Shown in pieces: positions 48,601-60,133 of a stretch of DNA of 60,133 nt. Source of the stretch: Phoronis australis (taxonomy: Eukaryota > Animalia > Phoronida); assembly GCA_002633005.1 (NCBI GenBank), contig NMRA01000169.1:716627-776759 (forward strand), given 5' to 3'. A model generated the notes under the pieces. That model was not told where the DNA came from, did not search any database, and saw only the letters and a program-made list of their open reading frames with translations. Within the stretch, counting starts at the first letter, position 1; each line of letters starts with the position of its first letter. Both the position numbers and the translations under genes were made by a program.

Positions 48601-51600
48601 TGTAATTAGACTTATCATCGCTGAATAAGCGTCACTTAAAGGGGCAGTCGTGTGTTCCCTGTATACGCATATTCGCACGTCTCAAACTGGTTGTTTTTGT
48701 GTGTCTTTTGTCCATCCTTACACTATTTGCCAGAGCTAGAATGGAAAGCATCATGTGATATGGCTTCTTATTGAACAGGAGAAATATTCGGACATTCTGA
48801 ATAATTGGAGAAATGTCCAGAAATTCCAATTGATTGGTGTTGAGAAATGTAGAATATTTCTTCATCTGGGAAGAAATGTCTTTGCAGTGTACGTGCGCAG
48901 GCCATAACAGCAAGAACAGACTAAATCGATGCATTTTATACATATAGATTATTACATGGCGAAGTCGTTATCCCCCCGTTATCTAGAGCCCGAGTGAATT
49001 TTGTAGAATTATCACCCGAGGGGCGATAGCATGCTTTGCTACAATAAAAAGTAGATGACATTTTAGAAGAATGCTCCATCGCAAAAGTAATTAGGAAACA
49101 GAACTATAATCTGGAACATTTTATAGACTTTTTATTTTTACAGAAATCCGCAAAGTTCCAGAATGTGTCTTTTAACTGTTGAAATGTTCCAGCACATCGT
49201 AAGAAACTATAGATACCAAGGTACGGGTTAGTATAAGGCAATGCAGCTGAAGGAGAGTTGATGTATAAACTGAGATGAGTTAGAGCTGAGTTGTATAGCC
49301 ATAGAAGTGTCTCAGAAGTTCATCAATAGTCAAATCTTTGCAGCATTGGCTAGAGCAGAAAACAGAAGTTTCGTGGGACGTTTTGTTTGAGTAGGTTTAT
49401 GAACGTACGGTCTTGATTAATAAAGTGATTAACTCGAACCAGTCTTCAGTATATTATCGCACTCTGAAAACTAGTAGCACAGGTCAGTGACAACCAGCGT
49501 CCGCCCATTCACGGGGAAAGGCGTGTAATACCTGTAATACCTGTAATACCTGTCACGGACAGGATCATTGGGGATATGCTGGTGCATTAATCCCCTCCCC
49601 AGACCATCCCCGAGACAGCAGAAGGCGCAGAACTCCAGGGCTGACGTTGCCTGTAAGCATTTGATTAGACTGCACTCGGGCACGGCTCTTCTTGTGACTC
49701 TTTGCACCATGGCGATAAATAATACCGGCTTCGAGCAGGCGGCTGCCATCACTGAACTCAGCCAGTTGGGATGCAGTCTGATCGAGGTTGCGTTTGCGGG
49801 CCAACAACTTAACGTCAGCCGAATAGAGGGGTTGGTTGGTTGGTGGTGCATGAGCCAGCGAGGTAATCTGCACGCTCATTAATCAAGACACCGGCGTGGC
49901 CAGGTACGAAAGACCAGATCACTACATGATGAGGGTGGCGTGATCGGAAGACACCCCAGTTGGCTGGGAGGTTTCCAGATTGAACTTTCATCAACACTGC
50001 CATGGAATCGGTGGCAAAGATAATGGTGTGATTCTCCAGGTCTAGGAGTGACAGCTTGGTTAGGGCACGTTGTACAGCCTCAAACTCCATCTGCGTACTG
50101 CTTGTGTATACATGGTGGCAGCCACTACCTTCCGCAATGACGTTGTTAGCACAGCGTATTTGATAACCCCATCCCGCACGATTAGTTTCACCATCGAAGG
50201 ATCCATCAGTTGCTACAATGATGGCATTAATACCGCCAAGATCACGCCATTGCTGACGGCACAATGCTTGGGCTACTCCTGGAGGCCATTCCCGAGCTTC
50301 TCTGTTGAAAGCAATGATGACATTCTGTTCCTCACCAAGTTCTTGTACTGGCAGCCAAGCAGCATCTTGCGCGATCATGTGTTCGCCGATGAGACCCATG
50401 GTTGCATTAACAGCAGCGACAGTCCACGAGCACCTGCTAAGTCTTTGGTGGGAGGCATTGCGAAAAGGTCTAGGACGAAGTCCATAAGTTTAAGGGGAAA
50501 GGCGTGACAGCGTACCAATAAAGTTGGAGGGGAAAGTCGTTGTTAAAGGGTTAATATCGGCGATAAACATCTTTTTCTGAGATCAGCAACAGGACGTAGT
50601 CTATCTGAAACTCTCGGGTTGCAGCAGAGCGCTTTGCTTACCTGAGCAGCATCACTCTCAGTATGCATAGATTAATCGTACCGTAGTTATCTGGTAGGCT
50701 AACGTTACCGGCCTTGATTTTAGTGATTGTGTGACAGACAACGGCTAGAATTGGCAATTTGTACCTTAAAACTGTATACAAAATATTTTCACTCAAGAGT
50801 TCCGCAAATTGGTTCATGCGCCTAAGTTCCGTGTGGTGTCAATGGAATTAACTCTGGTCAAATAAAAAAGATAAAGTAAGTTTCGAAGCCTTTAGCCTTG
50901 ATTGCCGATAAAATACCACTTGGTTTTAAGTCAAATGTCTAGCGTATAGGCGAATGCGTCTAAGCTCGGCAATTAGGGTCAGCTCCATATTTAGGCACAT
51001 ACGCTCAATAGCAGAATTAAGCGGTTGTAAACAAAAACACAACATTTTTATTCTTCTATAGCTCTAGCTAATAGCTTCAAAAAGTCTAACCTACTTAACA
51101 ATTCCAAAATTGAGTTTTAGTTGGCCTTGAAAAGAATAATGTCCTTTTAATATTTGTTAGTGGGCCAAAATCGACTTAGTATGCATTTAAATAGAACGTC
51201 TACGCTTACCTTCGGAGAAAACACCAAAAATTCATTGTTTAGTCACTTGACCCCTTGACCCTTCCTTGTAATGTCCTCCAGCTACAACTACCGGTACTCA
51301 CTTTTTTGCAATGTTTGCCAATTGTTCCGGTCTGTCCCAAGTATGCATCTTTTCCAACAACGTGCTAATTCCAAATTTCCTCTTTGCTTCATCGACGTTG
51401 TCCTGCAAAAATTTGAAACAAATCCAAACAACGTTACTGAAATAAGCGTTGCTGATACTATTATGCCAATATACACATTTTATATTGCAATGTGGAAGAC
51501 TGTACACTGCCAAGATGCACTCTGGAAAACTGTAAGAGTAGAAAGACTACCGGAATTTCCAAAAATAGGAAAACGTTAAATGATATAGAGTTTACGCTCG

Positions 51601-54600
51601 TGCGTATTTTCGGAGGAGGGGGGGNGACATAAATGCGTCTGCAGTCGTATCTCACCACTAAAAGTTTTAGTTGTCAATTCGCATTCAACAAACACAGTGC
51701 ATTAAACCTGCCCTTCATGCTGTGCTAATGCGGTTAGTTGCCAACCAAGTGGCACAAAATCTCGTCATTTAAGTGCAATAAATTCACAAAAACAACGGAC
51801 GTCAACAATAAATGCGATATTAAGGATAACGATTGACAACCAAGTGTATGTTAGTGTCAATAACATCATGATTATCATTAACCAAATACATGTTCATGTC
51901 AATATCATCATGATTATCATTAACCAAATACATGTTCGTGTCAATATCATCATGATTATCATTCACCAAATACATGTTCATGTCAATATCATCATGATTA
52001 TCATTCACCAAATACATGTTCATGTCAATATCATCATGATTATCATTCACCAAGTATATGCTCATGTCAATATCATCATGATTATCATTCACCAAGTATA
52101 TGCTCATGTCAATATCATCATGATTATCATTCACCAAGTATATGCTCATGTCAATAGCATCATGGTTATCATTAATCATAACAGTGAACTAGAACAGCGA
52201 CCAATAATTGCATTTCCCCTTCCACGCAGTACATTTTTAAACTACCGTTCAACCTCTTAAACTGATTAAAAGCAAAAATTTGTCTCATAATAGTCCTTAC
52301 CCTGTTATTTCCGTTACCAACAAGAACATCGAAACCATCAGCGACTCATGAAAATGATTCAGAGTTTATCGGGGTTGTCAAATCCTAACATTGCAAATTG
52401 GAAAATGGCGTATGTACGCAGTGTTTATGACGAGTTGCCGTGGTAATGTTTTTCAACCCCATAAGCGATTCGGTTACGAATTCAACGTTGACAGTTAAGC
52501 AACGGCGAATTGCCCCAGCCTTTAAATTTGGGAACAAGTTTTTAGTAACTGGTATCAATTGATCGGTTGCCTTAATTGATAGATGACGCTGTACACACAA
52601 TATGCTGTCTTAGACCAGACTGAATAGGGCTATTGGGATTAAAGAATTTACAACTATAAATCTCCATATTTACCTTAAAATCGTGTTTTTTCACATCGTG
52701 AAACTGAACAAATCGTGGCAAATTATCGTGCCCTTCAATTCCAATAAAACCGGGCTGCAAACCGTATGATTTTCCATACGGGTACATCTCTCGTCGGTTG
52801 ATCGTTTCTTCTCTGCGGGCTTTCTTCATGTCTTCACTTTTTTCTTGGAATATCAGCAATGCCTGAGCTGGTCTTAGTTTCACTACACCCTCCACCCAAT
52901 CATAAAAAGGGAAACACGTTCTCGTATTGGTGGCAGTGTGAACGATAATGACCTGAAATATATAAGTATCGTCAATTCAGAACATCGGTTGAAATCGTTT
53001 TGTAGACACTTGACCTAAAGATATAATTCCATTAAAACTCCCATGAACACCATGATCTTTCATTTAACAACTCCGCCATACAATAGCATCTTTAAAAGTG
53101 TTTCTCGTATTCCTCGCTGTTTGGCTGTGTGCAACTACAATCCGATGCACAGTTTTGAGGTTGTGGGAGCAAACAAGAATAGCCAATCACGACCTTCATA
53201 TCCGTGAAGCTAATACAAGTGCAGTGATAAGGAGAACCGTCTTTTCTAATTTTCCTTTTGAGAAAATGCATTTTACCATGGAATGCTGGCTAAAACAGAA
53301 AAATTCTAAGTAAGCCTTTTAATGTCATAAAGCCGATCTCATTATTCTTCTTACAGCGATAGGAAATAAGAACATCGAACCCATCAAAGAATCAAGAAAA
53401 CAGTTACGAGTTTAATGAGCTTGGCCAATCTTAAAATTGCGAGCTCGAACATGGCGCATAAAGGCAATGCCTGCAATTTGGTCACGGTAACAGAAACAGA
53501 ATCAGATCACCGTAAGGAAAATTATGAGACTAATTTTTTGCGTGCAAAAGGCCAAATTAGATGTTCGTATTTTAGCCAGCTAAACAAATCGAATCGCATA
53601 TTTACGACAACCATTGTTATTAGTATGACTTTGAGGACGATAACAAAATAAAGTGGCACTCTGGCTATCAGCACAGATACGAACAAGTTCGTTATTAACG
53701 CTTCGTTTTTAATCTAAAATCATCATCAGAAAAAACAAAAATACATCACGTGTCACGAACAACGAGCAAATACAGTCGAAATAACATTCACATGAACAGA
53801 TTAACACAGGTGCAAGGGCAAACTACTACCATGACAACTGACCTATCGCAAGTTCTGCCTACATGCGAAAAGTAGATAAACAAACGATATGTTTTACCTG
53901 ACAACGTTTTCTTTGTCGGGTAAAATGGAGGCTTGGAAACGAAGGTATGTCAAAAATGCTGCGTTCTTATCGGTCAGTTAAGCTGTCACTCAAAATCCTG
54001 GCGATAGGTCAACGAGACGGAGGCCTGCTGACCCCTATTGTACATTTACTCAATGACATATACTAGCTTTTTGCTTCCTCCACTAGCCAAAATTTAAGTC
54101 AGGTGCTAGCTTTTGTTTGAAAAAGTTCACCCTGGAATAACACAGTGCCACACCCATCATTATTTACCCAAGGTGCTTCACACGTGTCAAGCACATATCG
54201 CCTGCAGATGTACCAGAAACTATCTCAAATCCTAGTTATTATGTAATTTTATTTCATGCGGGCAAACTTGTGTTATTGCAATTTTGAGTTACAAAACTGA
54301 CACAATGAAGTTGGCAAAAAGGCAAAATTTCTGTTTGGATGCGAATGTATTGCTCTTCCCATCCACCCAGGAGTGCCTAGAATTTTGTAAAGTATATAAG
54401 TCATGCAATGCATTTCATTGTAGATATTAAAACGAGGGATGAACAACGGGCATAACCAATATCAGAGACAGCAAAACAAAAGATTGTATTGGGAAAAAAT
54501 GCAAATACAAGACTGAGGTCAAAGGTCAACATTAACTACCTCCACCAAAGAGGGGAGTTCATTTCCGGATGGACAAATTGCAGGTCAAAGTAGCAATGTG

Positions 54601-57600
54601 TCACTGCGCCTTAAGTGATCTGTTCATGTACAAACTGCTTGTGACTGTACTTGCTCAGTGTTTTCTAGACTGTTTGTGACATATGACGTATTTCTGATTA
54701 TTTATGACTATAGTTTTAGATTTAAAGCGAAACATTGATCATGAACTTGCGCCAACGAGGCCAAAAAACCTTAGTTGATTCTGGTGTACACCTCAGTTCA
54801 TTTTGAAACTTGCCCTCATTACCTTTTAAAACAGGAAAAAAATGCCCGTCTGCATCAATTTTACACGAGGTGTCGAACTTTTGGGAAAGTCCTTACAAAT
54901 GCTCACAAAAAAGCTTTTAAACGCCATTGGTCGTCCAGTGAGACATAAGTATCCACAAAGGATGCACGAACACCTGCAGTTGCGTGCCTGTAGCGTTGAA
55001 ATTGGATTGAAACTGGTTTGAGTTGAGTAGAAAACTCATAATGTTTGCTCGTCTTAGGTAGATTACATTTTAAAAAATTGGAAAACTATAATATACCGCC
55101 CCACTGCATGAATTTTCAGAATAATCAAAGACCAGACTCAACTGTGTATTATCGACATAATCATATTGCCACTGGCTATGCGTCCACGAAATGATGATAC
55201 TAATAACAAAAAATGTGATTACAGTTTCACAAATGAGAATCTACCTTATCGAGATGCCAGGTGTCTTTCCCGTACCTCTCCAAGGTTAAGTACTGGAGCT
55301 CTCCAATATCACTACCTTCAATTTCGTAGACATCACGTGATCCTGCTTCTAAATCGTCGTACCACCTCTTGTCTAGTAAAATGCGTCTTGTCGCGCCGTT
55401 AATGCCTTTTAAAACACAACTGAATCAGTTTTAAGTTGTATGAGAATCCAATATTGGGCTAACAAATGTTTCAAATCATTGTTTACAGAAAGCTCACGCT
55501 TGCTCGTAGTGGAGCCCGTATTGTGGCCGAGTCGCTTAGTTCACGGTATAGCAGGGTTGGTATTCGAACGCTCTATTATATGAATGAGATGAAGAAAATT
55601 TAGAACGGAGCAGATCCTTACCACAAATGCGGAACCGTAAAACTCTCTGAAAACACCTCTAAGAACTTTAACTACACTCAAAGAACCCTTACCCTGAATC
55701 TGAACTACTGTCACACCCAGGCCCAGTTAAAATGTACCACGCACTAGAAGGTCGCACTAAAATCGTTCGTGATAAGAGCTGTGGTAAGACTTTGTGAAAA
55801 GTAGCAAGGTCCCACTTTCATGGTAATGGTACTTCTGAGTACGAACTTTAAAATCAGCGCATATGTAAACAACATATTGATCGACGTTTCGGTTCATTGT
55901 CTCTAAACCATTCTCAAGACAAAAGACAGAAGTATTCCAATCAGGTGGCAAAGGTGGAGAACAGGCTGTACAGGTACACGTCAAAATGTATTGTGAAGGG
56001 ACAGACCAGAAATCAAATCAGCTGGAGCTCAAATGAACCAACATTTCTATTCAGATAGCGCTCAGCAAAATTGACTCAATCGTATATGCATAGCCTCCTT
56101 TATAAGGAGCCTGAGGGTGGCATTATCCGTGTCCAAGATCTGAACACCAGAGTAATCTATAGTATGACCGGATGTCAGTGAATGGTTAAGAACAGCACTG
56201 CATGTAAGCGTCTTTACATTGTTGATTTTAATTTTTGCACTCATATTTTGCTCCAAAATAAATGTGATCAAAGGTGCTTCTACGTGGGAAATGTTCTACA
56301 GCTCGTCGTATAGCTTGCTCCATTGCCATCATATAAAAAGAACAATTTGAAAATGCCGACGGGCAATGAATTAACTGCTAGCTAATTCTGCTACGACACA
56401 CAACATTGCGCTAGACAAATCTGACCAAGCCCAAGCTGCATGGCTTAGAAGGGTCGTAACGATTTTGAAAAACCGAAATCAAATTGTGCCAGCCAGTGTA
56501 GTTGGACACGCAACATGACGATTTAGCGGTGGGAAGAACGCGTAGGACTTAGTTTTCAACTTGCGTGTAAATGAATACCAAAACACAGAGCAGAGTTCAG
56601 TAACGTTAAGATCTCGCTAAAATACAAGACTGCGCGAGATTACTTGAGATATTGCTGTTTATTTTAAAAAAGAACAAGTGATTTTGACTAGGTCTTAGCG
56701 TAAGTCCTAGCGTTACTGAACTCTACCTGGTCTGTTATTCAGGCAATACCCGTATATGCTCGGATGCTCAGTTCAGAAATATGCTAGCCGGACAGTGAAT
56801 CGTTTCACACCATTTCCAGGCGTCAGTTGTGCCAGATTGAATTGTTCAGGGCCAACTTGTATCTGGGCAGCGTTCTGAAGATCGGCACGCAAGACCTCTC
56901 GTCAAATCACGTCTGAACTCCTACTGTTTCTCGAGTCCTCAAAACCGAAACGTTGCAAAATGGCGGCTGACAGGTCGGTAAGGAAACAGTACTATAGTTC
57001 CACTGGTGAAGCTACAGTATTGTTAGGTAAGATGAAAATCTTGAATTATGAGACAGTTAACAGTTCCCGTACCAAAAGAATCGATCTAAAGCCACGGCGC
57101 GCACCAGTGCAGCTCTTCCTAAAGTGAAAGAAATGGGGCCAGTTTTAATGGCAATTGTGAGAACCAAATGGGTATTCAGTACATGTTTGAGGTTATTTTG
57201 ACTAAACTGTACGACCCATCTACCTTCTGCTCTGCTTTTACCGGAGCTGGTTATCCCGCCATTTTGAATGAACTGCCTTTTCAGACCGAAATTTTTGCTG
57301 CAAGTTAAGGTACCCTAATGCAGAATCAAAATCGGAAGAATCAGGTTGGTAATAACATATTTTAGCCTAAATTTATACAATCTAGAGGTCAAGAATGCTT
57401 GGAATCATGTTTCCACTCTAGGACCAAAGCAATATATAATATTGGTAAAATAAAATGACAAATGCAAATGGCTTCGTTGATATTTTTCTCCGCGAATTCG
57501 GTTGAGTTTACTTTCTGCACGTTATGCAGTTGGCAAGTGTCCGGAGACAGAGAATTAGCAAGGGTTTTGTTGAATCAGTTTTTGATTTCGACTAGATCAG

Positions 57601-57788
57601 CCATTTGAGCTTGGAAAGGCGAAATTTTATTGCAGCAAGTGTATATGACCCATGTCTTGGGCCAACGGAAAGCAGGCCGGGCGAACAATGATAGAAAAGT
57701 ACCTTGAAGGGTCAGGTAAACGTCATCGTCTGTTCCGGTTCTCCTCCAGTAGGAATTGTCACTTGTGAATACTTCCGCTGAGTACGCA
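42476..57788 (-). CDS. PLAT-domain lipoxygenase (arachidonate LOX / AOS-LOX-like); central catalytic exons not visible and 5' end incomplete
   Basis: Exons in gene order: 57788-57703, 55405-55245, 52952-52674, 51402-51302, 47533-47326, [missing], 46088-45838, 44271-44065, 43551-43441, 42655-42476. Motifs: [27 protein letters not shown]...NGPNP, YHYRDDALLLW, QHAAVNFGQ, YLLPERIPCSVAL-stop. Confidence 0.85.
43441..43551 (-). CDS. LOX exon
   Basis: RKREVQMEDIMATLPDHILTAAAVTITHALTRFIDTE; phase 0/0. Confidence 0.82.
44065..44271 (-). CDS. LOX exon with iron-ligand HAAVN motif
   Basis: IIFNCSCQHAAVNFGQF...PMALRKPPPE. Confidence 0.92.
44542..44743. repeat. Near-perfect palindrome: 97-bp arms, 8-nt spacer
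   Basis: 44542-44638 is the reverse complement of 44647-44743 with 1 mismatch. Confidence 0.95.
45000..45400. repeat. ~35-39-bp minisatellite
   Basis: gataacgctcatcaacagacttgggacat unit repeated ~8 times. Confidence 0.85.
45838..46088 (-). CDS. LOX exon
   Basis: NRGVDDADLLPNYHYRDDALLLWSAI...DEELQNFMME|gtaaga. Confidence 0.9.
47326..47533 (-). CDS. LOX exon
   Basis: [38 protein letters not shown]. Confidence 0.9.
47780..47928. mobile_element. Degenerate non-autonomous DNA transposon (CAGGGGCGGATCCAG-type ends)
   Basis: caggggtggattcaag ... cccctctaggtccgctact. Confidence 0.35.
49523..50510 (-). mobile_element. 5'-truncated non-LTR retrotransposon fragment with RNase H
   Basis: IIVATDGS...MEFEA...ATDSMA...VPGHAGVLINERADYLA; frameshift near 49830; (ACAGGTATT)x3 tail at 49523-49552. 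Confidence 0.75.
51302..51402 (-). CDS. LOX exon
   Basis: DNVDEAKRKFGISTLLEKMHTWDRPEQLANIAK; phase 0/2 matches both neighbours. Confidence 0.75.
51855..52178. repeat. 39-bp minisatellite (~8 copies)
   Basis: Unit catgtcaatatcatcatgattatcattcaccaa(a/g)ta(c/t)atg(t/c)t. Confidence 0.95.
52674..52952 (-). CDS. LOX exon, end of PLAT and start of catalytic domain
   Basis: CFPFYDWV...RREETINRREMY...HDNLPRFVQF. Confidence 0.88.
55245..55405 (-). CDS. LOX exon, PLAT domain
   Basis: INGATRRILLDKRWYDDLEAGSRDVYEIEGSDIGELQYLTLERYGKDTWHLDK. Confidence 0.82.
55870..56215 (-). mobile_element. Penelope-like element 3' fragment (GIY-YIG C-terminus)
   Basis: SAVLNHSLTSGHTIDYSGVQILDTDNATLRLLIKEAMHI, then a hammerhead-like motif. 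Confidence 0.7.
55878..55922 (-). ncRNA. Minimal hammerhead ribozyme-like motif (U3-A8 variant) of the Penelope element
   Basis: Minus strand GTC-TTGAGAA-T-GGTT-(11 nt)-AACC-GAAA-C-GTC-GAT. Confidence 0.5.
56592..56724. mobile_element. Small MITE-like element
   Basis: Perfect 14-bp TIR agagttcagtaacg / cgttactgaactct. Confidence 0.5.
57703..57788 (-). CDS. LOX exon, PLAT N-terminal strand
   Basis: [29 protein letters not shown]; ttgcag acceptor, G|gtact donor. Confidence 0.75.
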
Positions 57789-60133
57789 CTGCAACAGTTG
57801 TAGGTTGCAAAGTTACGGTATTTTACATAGTAAAGACCATGAGTGAGGTAAAGGCCAAACTTTACAATGGGACATTTGAAATATTCGTTACGGAGATGAT
57901 TTTTTGCAGGCAGTGTTAAAAGCCAGGAACAGCAAAAGTTTCTGACTTGGTAATTTGAAAAACGAGAAAAAGTTACGTTTACAAATGCATTGAAATTATG
58001 TTAGCACAACATGGGCACAAAGTTAAAGGAATCCGCTTATCGTCTGCTTTTGGATAGTTCATTTGCTTTACCAACGTTGAAGCAAGGACATAACAATTAC
58101 CGTTACTGTGTTACATTGCACAAGGCTGGCCAAATCACCCGTCTTCATGAGACGGTAGGCATGCATTGCAACCGAAGGCACGCTATGTTACTCGCGCAGC
58201 ATATTCAGCCTCGTCCTCAAGCCTCAAAATAGCTCTGATTGGCTCAGCCAAATGTCTGGCAGCATATTTTGCTTCACGCGCGCTGGTTACCGACATGAAC
58301 GCTAGACGCGTGGCAGCTTGCTGTTTACGCAAAGATTCCTTTGTAAGCCAACAAGAGTATGGCGTTGCGTTGCTTACAGTCGGTACCTACTATGCTTGCT
58401 GTCCCTTTTTAGCGTTGGTGACCTTCGTTGATTTTCTCGAAACGCCAATACCTGTACAGAAATATAATTTAGAATGGACAGTTTTTTTATCTCACATGTT
58501 CTTTCAGTTCGAGGGACATTTCCATCATGCCCAGTAGTCAAATGTAAATGGCAACTCAGCCCCGCAAAGTGTCACAAACCTTTCCACACCTTATTAGAAA
58601 ATGAGTTGCAACGCCAATCAGATCTTTTAGCGCATCGACAAGGAAAGGTGTCAAAATGTCATCACTTTTAACAGGATTGACAAAATCTTAGAAAATTTGA
58701 CTGCTTCATATCAATCGTTGATGATCTCCTAAATTTCTTGTGAACAGATTGTCGTCGTGCAACAATTTGCGTCTAGACTATTGAGGTTAATCAGCCTGTT
58801 TGGTGTTTTTTTGCTTAGACCGTGAGTAGCGTAGACTCTTGTGGTCGGTTGCATGAAGCAATCTCAACGGAGTCCCAATTATGTTCCTTAAAGTGCTTAA
58901 AAATCACCATCTACGAAAATGTGTCGCCACCATAGTAAATTGCTGGGATATGAATGTTTGCCTGATAGTAGTTTTGGACTTAAAAGTGATTAAAATAATC
59001 AATTTCATATCACCTCCCAAAAATACATCCTCGCCAATCAATCAGCTGACCAATTAAAACATCCGCACAAGCTATCTGACGATATGTTAATTAACTGATC
59101 TCGAATTACGAGCATTTATCGGTCTATGCATAATACGTAAAATCGAGAGAACCAATGTCAGCACTGGACAGGTTCGTACGTCACACTCGTGACTGTGGAG
59201 CTAATAGACGTTCATTTGACGTCGTTTTCACCTATTTTCTCATGTATATCCACCGAGTATATCGTTTATCTTCAATTGCCAAATGCCTACCACTCTCACC
59301 TAATAAATTGTGGTTTCAACAACGAAATTTCGAGATAGTGTGGATGAATACTCGTGGCAAACTAAATTTCATATATGGTTCTACAGCAAATGGTGCAATT
59401 TTCAGTTAATTTGAAAATCTAAATACCAACCGTCATTATTAAAACGGTTTCTTAGCAAAGCTGTTTTAACTGACGATACCTAGATCTGACACAACCGTAT
59501 AACATAAAAAGCATGTCACATTTCAGAATTGGTTTGTGCAAAATGTATTGCCCGTGACGACAATGGAACTCTATCGCTGTAAGGAATATTATGAGACCGA
59601 GTAAAATTCTTGATTCGTTTTGTAGCTAAACAGGGCAAATTGCAACTTTAAATTTTAGTTCTGTTGCACTAGATGAGCATTTACAGGTAAAACTAATCAA
59701 GAAAAAAAGCAAGTAAATAATAACGAACCCATCTTGTCCTGACCAGCGATAACCTCGGATCAGTCAATCCCACATCTTCAGTGTTCAATCACGTGCAGCT
59801 ATCAAAACATTTGACGTATCCTGAACTACACTGTTATGTCATTGGGATAAATTGGTATAGCTGCATTGAATAGGTACGCCTAGTTAGTTGATATGTGACG
59901 CCTGACCTGGGCTCGTAAAATCATGTTCTGAACCAGCCCTTGTATGCATTCCGAAACCAATAAATCGTGTCATTGTTACATACCCCCTGACAAGTAAATG
60001 TTAGCTATTGACAATGTTTACGCTTCATCAATCCTCCCGCAAAGGTCTAAATCCACAGACAATTACCACCTTTGTGTTCAGTATTCGCTTGTACCTGCTG
60101 AAGAGGTAGAATTTCAGTACTGCTGGTGATGGT

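Noticed and set aside
49002-49481. Possible solo LTR (TG start, TATAA, AATAAA, CA end)
   Set aside because: No target-site duplication, primer-binding site or second LTR in the window.
51820-52260. Repetitive ORFs (NDNHDDIDM)n and a CRISPR-like appearance
   Set aside because: A 39-bp head-to-tail minisatellite with no unique spacers, in a eukaryotic intron.

Overview
AT-rich, intron-rich animal DNA. An invertebrate, possibly a lophotrochozoan, is my inference. Three spliced genes can be assembled by hand from GT-AG sites with consistent reading phases. (1) A 14-exon TPR + CHAT (TTC28-like) gene on + (1626-21253, ~1633 aa), with degenerate caspase-like catalytic motifs and two PUB-like segments near the C-terminus. 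(2) A 12-exon divergent TRPC-family cation channel on + (27111-42068, ~749 aa) with LFW pore helix, EWKFAR TRP box and an unusual filter and zinc site. (3) A PLAT + lipoxygenase gene on - (57788-42476), tail-to-tail with the channel. Its first two iron-ligand histidines are not visible in the assembly, and it appears to continue upstream of the PLAT domain. Introns carry two RNase H-bearing non-LTR retrotransposon fragments, a CR1/L2-type LINE plus an inverted copy of its 3' end, a Penelope fragment with a hammerhead-like motif, several MITE-like elements, a near-perfect 97-bp-arm palindrome, and mini/microsatellites. No rRNA, intact tRNA or CRISPR array was seen. Family assignments rest on motifs recalled from memory; no database search was run.
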